Below are positions 15,001 to 26,788 of a DNA stretch of 64,000 bases, one piece after another (within the stretch, counting starts at the first letter, position 1; each line of letters begins with the position of its first letter). Source of the stretch: Balanoglossus misakiensis (lineage: Eukaryota > Animalia > Hemichordata); assembly GCA_040954595.2 (NCBI GenBank), contig CM082598.2:5347097-5411096 (forward strand). Direction: 5' to 3'. The position numbers and the translations under genes were made by a program. The notes beneath the pieces were generated by a model. The model saw nothing but the letters and a program-made list of their open reading frames with translations, was not told the origin of the DNA and did not search any database.

Positions 15001-18000
15001 ATAATTCGCAAAGTCGAAAAATCGTCGATTTTGGACGATTTTCATGGGCTATAACCCATGGTTTTTATCAAAAAATGACCAAATTTTAATAATTCGCAAA
15101 GTCGAAAAATCGTCGATTTTGGACGATTTTCATGGGCTATAACCCATGGTTTTTATCAAAAAATGACCAAATTTTCATAATTCGCAAAGTCGAAAAATCG
15201 TCGATTTTGGACGATTTTCATGGGCTATAACCCATGGTTTTTATCAAAAAATGACCAAATTTTCATAATTCGCAAAGTCGAAAAATGGTCGATTTTGGAC
15301 GATTTTCATGGGCTATAACCCATGGTTTTTATCAAAAAATGACCAAATTTTCATAATTCGCAAAGTCGAAAAATCGTGGATTTTGGACGATTTTCATGGC
15401 CTATAACCCATGGTTTTTATCCAAAAATGACCAAATTTTCATAATTCGCAAAGTCGAAAAAATCGTCGATTTTGGACGATTTTCATGGGCTATAACCCAT
15501 GGTTTTTATCAAAAAATGACCAAATTTTCATAATTCGCAAAGTCGAAAAATCGTCGATTTTGGACGATTTTCATGGGCTATAACCCATGGTTTTTATCAA
15601 AAAATGACCAAATTTTAATAATTCGCAAAGTCGAAAAATCGTCGATTTTGGACGATTTTCATGGGCTATAACCCATGGTTTTTATCAAAAAATGACCAAA
15701 TTTTCATAATTCGCAAAGTCGAAAAATCGTCGATTTTGGACGATTTTCATGGGCTATAACCCATGGTTTTTATCAAAAAATGACCAAATTTTCATAATTC
15801 GCAGAGTCCAAAAATCGTCGATTTTGGACGATTTTCATGGGCTATAACCCATGGTTTTTATCAAAAAATGACCAAATTTTCATAATTCGCAAAGTCGAAA
15901 AATCGTCGATTTTGGACGATTTTCATGGGCTATAACCCATGGTTTTTATCAAAAAATGACCAAATTTTCATAATTCGCAAAATCGAAAAATCGTCGATTT
16001 TGGACGATTTTCATGGGCTATAACCCATGGTTTTTATCAAAAAATGACCAAATTTTCATAATTCGCAAAGTCGAAAAATCGTCGATTTTGGACGATTTTC
16101 ATGGGCTATAACTCATGGTTTTTATCAAAAAATGACCAAATTTTCATAATTCGCAAAGTCGAAAAATCGTCGATTTTGGACGATTTTCATGGGCTATAAC
16201 CCATGGTTTTTATCAAAAAATGACCAAATTTTCATAATTCGCAAAGTCGAAAAATCGTCGATTTTGGACGATTTTCATGGGCTATAACCCATGGTTTTTA
16301 TCAAAAAATGACCAAATTTTCATAATTCGCAAAGTCGAAAAATCGTCGATTTTGGACGATTTTCATGGGCTATAACCCATGGTTTTTATCAAAAAATGAC
16401 CAAATTTTCATAATTCGCAAAGTCGAAAAATCGTCGATTTTGGACGATTTTCATGGGCTATAACCCATGGTTTTTATCAAAAAATGACCAAATTTTCATA
16501 ATTCGCAAAGTCGAAAAAATCGTCGATTTTGGACGATTTTCATGGGCTATAACCCATGGTTTTTATCAAAAAATGACCAAATTTTCATAATTCGCAAAGT
16601 CGAAAAATCGTCGATTTTGGACGATTTTCATGGGCTATAACCCATGGTTTTTATCAAAAAATGACCAGATTTTCATAATTCGCATAATCGAAAAATCGTC
16701 GATTTTGGACGATTTTCATGGGCTATAACCCATGGTTTTTATCAAAAAATGATCAAATTTTAATTATTCTTTATTATTCGCAAAGTGAAAAAATCGTCGA
16801 TTTTGGACGATTTTCATGGGCTATAACCCATGGTTTTTATCAAAAAATGACCAAATTTTCATAATTCGCAGAGTCGAAAAATCGTCGATTTTGGACGATT
16901 TTCATGGGCTATAACCCATGGTTTTTATCAAAAAATGACCAAATTTTCATAATTCGCAAAGTCGAAAAATCGTCGATTTTGGACGATTTTCATGGGCTAT
17001 AACCCATGGTTTTTATCAAAAAATGACCAAATTTTCATAATTCGCAAAGTCGAAAAATCGTCGATTTTGGACGATTTTCATGGGCTATAACCCATGGTTT
17101 TTATCAAAAAATGACCAAATTTTCATAATTCGCAAAGTCGAAAAATCGTCGATTTTGGACGATTTTCATGGGCTATAACCCATGGTTTTTATCAAAAAAT
17201 GACCAAATTTTCATAATTCGCAAAGTCGAAAAATCGTCGATTTTGGACGATTTTCATGGGCTATAACCCATGGTTTTTATCAAAAAATGACCAAATTTTC
17301 ATAATTCGCAAAGTCGAAAAAATCGTCGATTTTGGACGATTTTCATGGGCTATAACCCATGGTTTTTATCAAAAAATGACCAAATTTTCATAATTCGCAA
17401 AGTCGAAAAATCGTCGATTTTGGACGATTTTCATGGGCTATAACCCATGGTTTTTATCAAAAAATGACCAAATTTTCATAATTCGCATAATCGAAAAATC
17501 GTCGATTTTGGACGATTTTCATGGGCTATAACCCATGGTTTTTATCAAAAAATGATCAAATTTTAATTATTCTTTATTATTCGCAAAGTGAAAAAATCGT
17601 CGATTTTGGACGATTTTCATGGGCTATAACCCATGGTTTTTATCAAAAAATGACCAAATTTTCATAATTCGCAGAGTCGAAAAATCGTCGATTTTGGACG
17701 ATTTTCATGGGCTATAACTCATGGTTTTTATCTCAAAATGACCAAATTTTCATAATTCGCAGAGTCGAATAATCGACGATTTTGGACGATTTTCATGGGC
17801 TATAACCCATGGTTTTTATCAAAAAATGACCAAATTTTCATAATTCGCAAAGTCGAAAAATCGTCGATTTTGGACGATTTTCATGGGCTATAACCCATGG
17901 TTTTTATCAAAAAATGACCAAATTTTCATAATTCGCAAAGTCGAAAAATCGTCGATTTTGGACGATTTTCATGGGCTATAACCCATGGTTTTTATCAAAA

Positions 18001-20751
18001 AATGACCAAATTTTCATAATTCGCTGAGTCGAAAAATCGTCGATTTTGGACGATTTTCATAGGCTATAACCCATGGTTTTTATCAAAAAATGACCAAATT
18101 TTCATAATTCGCAGAGTCGAAAAATCGACGATTTTGGACTATTTTCATGGGCTATAACCCATGGTTTTTATCAAAAAATGACCAAATTTTCATAATTCGC
18201 AAAGTCGAAAAATCGACGATTTTGGACGATTTTCATGGGCTATAACTTTATCAAAAAATGACAAAATTTTCCTAAATCGCAAAGTCGAAAAAACGTCGAT
18301 TTTGGAAGATTTTCATGGGCTATAACCCATGGTTTTTATCAAAAATGACCAAATTTTCATAATTCGCAAAGTCGAAAAATCGAAGATTTTGGACGATTTT
18401 CATGGGCTATAACTTTATCAAAAAATGACAAAATTTTCCTAATTCGCAAAGTCGAAAAATCGTCGATTTTGGACGATTTTCATGGGCTATAACCCATGGT
18501 TTTTATCAAAAAATGACCAAATTTTCATGATTCGCAGAGTCGAAAAATCGACGATTTTGGACGATTTTCATGGGCTATAACCCATGGTTTTTATCAAAAA
18601 ATGACCAAATTTTCATAATTCGCAAAGTCGAAAAATCGTCGATTTTGGAAGATTTTCATGGGCTATAACCCATGGTTTTTATCAAAAAATGACCAAATTT
18701 TCATAATTCGCAAAGTCGCAAAATCGTCGATTTTGGACGATTTTCATGGGCTATAACCCATGGTTTTTATCAAAAAATGACCAAATTTTCATGATTCGCA
18801 GAGTCGAAAAATCGACGATTTTGGACGATTTTCATGGGCTATAACCCATGGTTTTTATCAAAAAATGACCAAATTTTCATAATTCGCAAAGTCGAAAAAA
18901 CGTCGATTTTGGACGATTTTCATGGGCTATAACCCATGGTTTTTATCAAAAAATGACCAAATTTTCATAATTCGCAAAGTCGAAAAATCGTCAATTTTGG
19001 ACGATTTTCATGGGCTATAACCCATGGTTTTAATCAAAAAATGACCAAATTTTCATAATTCGCAAAGTCGAAAAATCGTCTATTTTGAACGATTTTCATG
19101 GGCTATAACCCATGGTTTTAATCAAAAAATGACCAAATTTTCATAATTCGCAAAGTCGAAAATTCGTCGATATTGGACGATTTTCATGGGCTATAACCCA
19201 TGGTTTTTATCAAAAAATGACCAAATTTTCATAATTCGCAAAGTCGAAAAATCGTCGATTTTGGACGATTTTCATGGGCTATAACCCATGATTTTGATCA
19301 AAAAAAGACCAAATTTTCATAATTCGGAAAGTCGAAAAATCATCGATTTTGGACGATTTTCATGGGCTATAACCCATGGTTTTTATCAAAAAATGACCAA
19401 ATTTTTATAATTCGCAGAGTCGAAAAATCGACGATTTTGGACGATTTTCATGGGCTATAACCCATGGTTTTTATCAAAAAATGACCAAATTTTCATAATT
19501 CGCAAAGTCGAAAAATCGTCGATTTTGGACGATTTTCATGGGCTATAACCCATGGTTTTTATCAAAAAATGACCAAATTTTCATAATTCGCAAAGTCGAA
19601 AAATCGACGATTTTGGACGATTTTCATGGGCTATAACTTTATCAAAAAATGACAAAATTTTCCTAAATCGCAAAGTCGAAAAAACGTCGATTTTGGAAGA
19701 TTTTCATGGGCTATAACCCATGGTTTTTATCAAAAATGACCAAATTTTCATAATTCGCAAAGTCGAAAAATCGAAGATTTTGGACGATTTTCATGGGCTA
19801 TAACTTTATCAAAAAATGACAAAATTTTCCTAATTCGCAAAGTCGAAAAATCGTCGATTTTGGACGATTTTCATGGGCTATAACCCATGGTTTTTATCAA
19901 AAAATGACCAAATTTTCATGATTCGCAGAGTCGAAAAATCGACGATTTTGGACGATTTTCATGGGCTATAACCCATGGTTTTTATCAAAAAATGACCAAA
20001 TTTTCATGATTCGCAGAGTCGAAAAATCGACGATTTTGGACGATTTTCATGGGCTATAACCCATGGTTTTTATCAAAAAATGACCAAATTTTCATAATTC
20101 GCAAAGTCGAAAAAACGTCGATTTTGGACGATTTTCATGGGCTATAACCCATGGTTTTTATCAAAAAATGACCAAATTTTCATAATTCGCAAAGTCGAAA
20201 AATCGTCGATTTTGGACGATTTTCATGGGCTATAACCCATGGTTTTAATCAAAAAATGACCAAATTTTCATAATTCGCAAAGTCGAAAAATCGTCTATTT
20301 TGAACGATTTTCATGGGCTATAACCCATGGTTTTAATCAAAAAATGACCAAATTTTCATAATTCGCAAAGTCGAAAAATCGTCGATATTGGACGATTTTC
20401 ATGGGCTATAACCTATGGTTTTTATCAAAAAATGACCAAATTTTCATAATTCGCAAAGTCGAAAAATCGTCGATTTTGGACGATTTTCATGGGCTATAAC
20501 CCATGATTTTGATCAAAAAAAGACCAAATTTTCATAATTCGGAAAGTCGAAAAATCATCGATTTTGGACGATTTTCATGGGCTATAACCCATGGTTTTTA
20601 TCAAAAAATGACCAAATTTTCATAATTCGCAGAGTCGAAAAATCGACGATTTTGGACGATTTTCATCGGCTATAACCCATGGTTTTTATCAAAAAATGAC
20701 CAAAGTTTCATAATTCGCAAAGTCGAAAAATCGTCGAGATTGGACGATTTT
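1..20751. repeat. Satellite A: 88-bp tandem monomer, ~236 copies, continues off the left edge
   Basis: Monomer GACCAAATTTTCATAATTCGCAAAGTCGAAAAATCGTCGATTTTGGACGATTTTCATGGGCTATAACCCATGGTTTTTATCAAAAAAT (88 nt). Register at position 1 recurs at 1321 (15x88) and 2641. Near-identical copies, with more variants after ~17.7 kb. Confidence 0.99.
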
Positions 20752-22690
20752 CATGAGCTATAACCCATGAAAAATGTCCGAAAATGACAAAATCATCGAT
20801 GTCGCGAAATTATCGTTTTCCTTCAATTTTCATGAGCTATAGCCCATGAAAAAAATTCATGAGCTGTAACCCATGAAAAATGTCCGAAAATGACAAAATT
20901 TCCAATGTCGCGAAATTCTCGTTTTCCGTCAATTTTCATGAGCTATAGCCCATGAAAAAAATTCATGAGCTATAACCCATAAAAAATGTCCGAAAATGAC
21001 AAAATCATCGATGTCGCGAAATTATCGTTTTCCTTCAATTTTCATGAGCTATAGCCCATGAAAAAAATTCATGAGCTGTAACCCATGAAAAATGTCTGAA
21101 AATGACAAAATTTCCAATGTCGCGAAATTCTCGTTTTCCGTCAATTTTCATGAGCTATAGCCAATGAAAAAAATTCATGAGCTATAACCCATGAAAAATG
21201 TCCGAAAATGACAAAATCATCGATGTCGCGAAATTCTCGTTTTCCGTCAATTTTCATGAGCTATAACCCATGAAACAAATTCATGAGCTATAACCCATGA
21301 AAAATGTCCGAACATGACAAAATCACAAATGACGCGAAATTCTCGTTTTCCGTCAATTTTCATGAGCTATAACCCATGAAACAAATTCATGAGCTATAAC
21401 CCATGAAACAAATTCATGAGCTATAACCCATGAAAAATGTCCGAACATGACAAAATCACAAATGACGCGAAATTCTCGTTTTCCGTCAATTTTCATGAGC
21501 TATAACCCATGAAACAAATTCATGAGCTATGTCCATGAAAAATGTCTGAAAATGACAAATCACAAATGTCGCGATGTTCTCGTTTTCCGTCAATTTTCAT
21601 GAGCTATAACCCATGAAAATAATTCATGAGCTATAACCCATGAAAAAATGTCCGAAAATGACAAAATCACAAATATCGCGAAATTCTCGTTTTCCGTCAA
21701 TTTTATGAGCTACAGCCCATTAAAAAAATTCATGAGCTATATCCCATGAAAAATGGCCGAAAATGACAAATCACAAATGTCGCGATGTTCTCGTTTTCCG
21801 TCAATTTTCATGAGCTATAACCCATGAAACAAATTCATGAGCTATAACCCATGAAAAATGTCCGAACATGACAAAATCACAAATGACGCGAAATTCTCGT
21901 TTTCCGTCAATTTTCATGAGCTATAACCCATGAAACAAATTAATGAGCTATAACCCATGAAAAATGTCTGAAAATGACAAAATCACAAATGACGCGAAAT
22001 TCTCGTTTTCCGTCAATTTTCATGAGCTATAACCCATGAAACAAATTCATGAGCTATAACCCATGAAAAATGTCCGAACATGACAAAATCACAAATGACG
22101 CGAAATTCTCATTTTCCGTCAATTTTGATGAGCTATAACCCTTGAAAAAAAATCATGAGCTATAACCCATGAAAAACGTCCAAAAATGACAAAATCACAA
22201 ATGTCGCAAAATTCTTGTTTTCCGTCAATTTTATGAGCTATAGCCCATGAAAAAAATTCATCAGCTATAACCCATGAAACAAATTCATGACCTATAACCC
22301 ATGAAAAATGTCCAAAAATGACAAAATCACCAAAGTCGCGAAATTCTCGTTTTCCGTCAATTTTCATGAGCTATAACCCATGAAAAAAAATCGTGAGCTA
22401 TAACTCATAAAAATGTCGAAAAATGACAATATCACCAAAGTCGCGAAATTCTCGTTTTCCGTCAATTTTCATGAGCTATAAACCATGAAAAAAATCGTGA
22501 GCTATAACCCATGAAAAATGATCAAAATGACAAAATCACAAATGTCGCAAAATTCTCGTTTTCCGACAATTTTCATGAGCTATAGCCCATGAAAAAAAAT
22601 TCGTGAGCTATAACCCACGAAAAATGTCCAAAAATGATAAAGTCACCAAAGTTCGGAAAGTCGTGAAATTCTCGTTTTACGTTAATTTTC
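20752..22690. repeat. Satellite B: 106-bp tandem monomer, ~18 copies, homologous to satellite A
   Basis: CATGAGCTRTAACCCAT starts recur at 20752, 20858, 20964 and 21070. Each unit has two copies of the CATGAGCTATARCCCATG motif plus AAAATGACAAAAT and CGCGAAATTCTCGTTTTCCGTCAATTTT. More diverged than A. Confidence 0.95.
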
Positions 22691-22874
22691 AATCATATGA
22701 ATGGCCATTTTTGGATTTAGTGAATCTAATGCAATAAAAATCGCGTCAAGGACACGGTGGTCCTATTGAGTGATTACACAAGAAAAAGTCTACACTGGAG
22801 TACATGGCCATATACAGACAGACAGATAGACACACACATAGCGAGAGATCAATGGGCAAACACTGACTGACCCA

Positions 22875-23307
22875 TAAGCTGCCAATGGCATATACTGTAC
22901 TTACACTAAATGGAACAGCTGGCCAGTTATGTAATCATTCAAGAATTTGCTGTGTTTATATGAATCACACAGGGGAGTTCCTGCCTAATTAAGACAACTC
23001 AATAAAGTAAATACACACCACTTTGCAAAGCAATCTGTAGTAGTTCTTGAGTTACTGAGTTTTGCCCAAATTCACATTTTTCCAGCTAATTTGCATATTT
23101 TTGGCAATGACAACTTCATTTGAACAAACTCCCATCTACAGCCCAGCCTGCATCTGCACACCAAATATCAAGGTGATACATGCAGCGGTTTTCAAGTTTT
23201 TGATGTGGACGGACATACAGACATACATCCATCAATCCATCCATACATACATACAGACGCAACCGATCTCATAAGGTCCCATGGTACATACCAATGGGAC
23301 CCAAAAA
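22875..23307 (+). mobile_element. Non-autonomous Helentron-associated element (HINE/DINE-1/pearl-like)
   Basis: 5' short inverted repeat TGCCA-A-TGGCA; GGAC/TACA/CATC microsatellite at ~23206-23260; terminal hairpin GGTCCCAT..ATGGGACC (23275-23301) followed by an A-run. The pre-microsatellite part recurs at 26804-26853. Confidence 0.65.
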
Positions 23308-23865
23308 TTATAAATATTATTTCATCATTGTCTCTTTATTATTAAAAAGTGATGATAAAAACAAGTGTTTGGAAAAGAACAATACATACAAGTAATAACA
23401 ATAAAATTAAGAATGTAGGAAAAAAAGGAAATATTGTTGCAAATGTGTACAATCCAGGAGATTCTTAAGGATACATATATGGCAGAATCCATAATGGCAT
23501 TCCGATCAGTTTAGTCAACATTCACTCAGACGCAATACATGTCTTCATCAATTATTGAAAATTACCATCCTCAAGAAATGTTTATCGGTTTTCAATAAAA
23601 CCCTATGGGATAGTTCAGTCCGTGTCCAGGGTGGTTTTGGGGGGGACAGTGAAGTTCAATGTACTTTTGAACCGATATTGTGCATCGCATCATACTGTAC
23701 AAATATTGTATATAAATGTTCAACACTTTAGTCTTAGGTCAATGTTCTAAGTAGACACAATATACAACAGTGCAAAGACATTGTCTACACACTGAAGATG
23801 TTGTCTCTTGTCTGCCAACCTCTAGAGAATATTGCAAGATTTTACCAACTGTTAGCATGAGGTTT

Positions 23866-24051
23866 ATGATAAAACACCTATGGCCTGGCCTATATTCGGG
23901 CCATAGCAGCCGTTTTTACCCCCTCGTGACTGTGAGTTACCAGAATCATATGCTATTTCCTGAGGCCTACGGCCTCGGGAAATAGCATATGATTCTGGTA
24001 ACTCACAGCCCCTCAGGTGTAATAAATGGCTGCTATGGCACAGCTTATCAT
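23866..24051. mobile_element. Long foldback (palindromic) non-autonomous element
   Basis: 38-bp stem 23930-23967/23971-24008 with one T-G pair and a 3-nt loop; outer arms GCCATAGCAGCC/GGCTGCTATGGC; ends ATGATAA/TTATCAT. Confidence 0.6.
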
Positions 24052-24661
24052 TTCAGAAATGTTAACAAAGATTTGAAATAAAATCTGTCACTTGAACCTG
24101 GTTGACATAAAACTGAAATAAAATAAATGAACTTTGGACATCTCAATCATATTAAAGGGAACATTGTAATAACCAGTTTAGAAAATAACACCAAATATGA
24201 ACATTATGTAAGTATAGTCCAATAGAAGCTTTGTCAACTGAGGTTAAGTTAGCATCAGTTAGATCAAAATATACTGAATGTTTTTCATTAAATCAAATCA
24301 TTTCCTTTCCTTTCATAAACAAGCCAGTGTGTCATTCAAAACACAAACCATGTAAATAAGCAAAAGTTAAGAATTCCTACAAAGGCATTCAACTGGAAAT
24401 CAAGGTGACAAGAACCTGGCTTTAACTGTATGATTGCCTGAAAAAAACTTCTACTTAGCCTGAGCAAGACACTATGCTTATGTTTGACACGGATACTGAT
24501 GTATGCTAATCAAATAAGTTTTCAATACATAAACATTTTCTGGAAAAAATGCAAATTGTGGACATATCAGTTTGTAATATTATAAAAACAACAACTGTTA
24601 ATTTGTGTAATTTGTTGAACGTCACTGATGAAAATATAAGATTGATTACACACTTCATAGC

Positions 24662-24846
24662 TTAAAGGTATACGGTCACCTATGGAAAATTAGTTACCAT
24701 GGCAAATTGAGATCTAGCCAATCACAGATTTTCAGTGGGTGGCACACATGAAAAAAAGAGCACCTCAATGTTCTTTAGAACCCTCAAATACGGCATTTCA
24801 GCCATATATGGGCGTATGTAAATTGGAGGGGACTGTATACCTTTAA
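24662..24846. mobile_element. TTAA-flanked MITE family C (Kolobok-like AGG..CCT ends)
   Basis: TTAA-AGGTATAC...GTATACCT-TTAA; homologous copies at 62336-62495 and 63388-63570. Confidence 0.8.
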
Positions 24847-26385
24847 TTTACATGTGACAATATTTGTCAGTGCAATCAGGTGAGTCCAACATATTATCAT
24901 CCTCAAAAAAGAAGTTCCATCTTACAATGAATCTCTCCTGCAAACTCAAAATCAGATATCAAAAAACATAGCTGGTGGTGAGGCTAGGGCATGGTGTACT
25001 TCAGAAACACCCAATGGTAAAATTTCTCGATACAAATGGGGAGTATGACAGATAATACAAGTAAAAGTTTCATTGAGTAAATGTCAGATAATTTGCATAG
25101 TTCATTCCCAAAATGCTTCAACAAAATAAATGTCTTGAATGAATATATATCATCCAAGCTTATACTGTTAATTTAATATTTACATACAATTACATGTTAA
25201 TAATTTAGATTTTACATATAAAATTGTCAGTCAAGAAATGTTATGACAAAAGGTACATAGCAGCTGAGAGACAAGAAAAAAAAATAGTACATAAATTTAT
25301 TAGGAAATTTATCGGGAAAGCTTAACTTTAAATTCACAAACTTTCATTCAGTATCCCTATATCTTCCAATTAATGATCATTTAGGAATGTTCTTAATGAC
25401 ATAAATAATACTCGGTTTAAGGTCACTTTTATTAGGAGAAAGGTGTCGTTCTGATATTTATGGCACATGTGATTGTCGCCATCATTAATTACTGATCTGT
25501 CATTGCAATTTACAAAACCTACTTCAGAGTGTAAAATGTAAGGAATATAGGCATTGATTGTCACCAAATGCATGAGAGGAATATGACCAGTTTTCTTTCT
25601 GAAGGTTTCAAAACATTTTAATATTTTTGATTGACAAGTCAAATTAGTACTTTCTATAATCTGTTTATAATTTTATACAATCTCTAAATTGCACAGAATT
25701 GCGACAGCAAAAGCAGATGTAACTGACACCTTCATTTTACGGTCAAAATCAAGTGTATATGCTAACAATGACATCACATAAAAGAGTAGTTGTAATTGGC
25801 CGGTTTAACTCTTATATAAACAGTTGTACACAATTTGCAACCAATCAAGGTGATTCTTGCATGTAGTCAATGGCTAAACTACTGCATTTTTTGTTAGTAT
25901 GGTTTTTGTGTAGATATGTACATTTGATAATATTAGTTGGAGTGATATTGGAGTTGCATCCTGTCATTTCTTCCATGAACAGCAGGTATTCATTTGTCAA
26001 AATAGTCAAGAAATACTCATAATATATCTACAACAATAATTCTAATTAAATTAAATATACAGACAAATGACAGATCATTTTTTATTGATTGTTGGTTTTA
26101 CTTGTCCAATACATGTCACCACCATTTTAGAATTGATCCATGACTTCCGGTAATATGGTCGAACTTACCACAAAAAAACGGGGTGAAAGTAATAAGTTGT
26201 TGATTAAAAATAGAATTTTGTTCTGCATAAAATTCTTGTAAATAGATACTGATGCCAGTTATTGTAGGACTATCAAAAGACTTGCATTGGCGTCTTTGTG
26301 TCAGAATATCTAGACCCTATAGTGTTTGTTGAAGAACAGACTATTCAGAAGATGTATTGTCCTATTCTGATCAGAATAAATGTGG

Positions 26386-26551
26386 TACACTTGAACTTGT
26401 CTATAGCGGCCAGTCAAGGGACTTTCTTAAACTGGCCTTTATAGACAGGTGGTCTTTATATACAGGTCAATTAATGCACATGTGAATTGCACAGGAACAG
26501 AAACAAAATGGCGACTATACAGAGGTGGCCACTAACACAGGTTTGACTGTA
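26386..26551. mobile_element. TA-flanked Tc1/mariner-pogo(Tigger)-type MITE family G
   Basis: Right end ACAGGTTTGACTG-TA, degenerate left end; homologous copies at 60777-60951 (full) and 54165-~54240 (partial). Confidence 0.75.
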
Positions 26552-26556
26552 CACAT

Positions 26557-26788
26557 TCACAGTGGTGGAGTAGCTGAATGTCTCACGGATGTGTACGGCC
26601 ACAAGATTTCACTCAAAGAACTCCAGGATATCGGCACAGTCCCCGCCCTGCAAGATTCGACCGGCATTAACGTAAAAACCAAACTGAAGAGAGCGGCAAT
26701 AAACACTAAAGTGGCTGTAGCGATTTTGAATACTTTGTTGGTTCGTTCCCATTCTCTCGGCCACCACCAAACACTCTCCTCTTCTTCC
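26557..26788 (-). CDS. LRMP: Terminal exon: transmembrane helix plus KASH-like luminal peptide
   Basis: Acceptor ttttacag; EEEESVWWWPREWERTNKVFKIATATLVFIAALFSLVFTLMPVESCRAGTVPISWSSLSEILWPYTSVRHSATPPL*; TGA at 26559-26557. Not in the supplied ORF track in this frame. Confidence 0.92.

Noticed and set aside
1-22690. CRISPR-like array of palindromic repeats
   Set aside because: No unique spacers; whole monomers repeat, context is eukaryotic and there are no cas genes.
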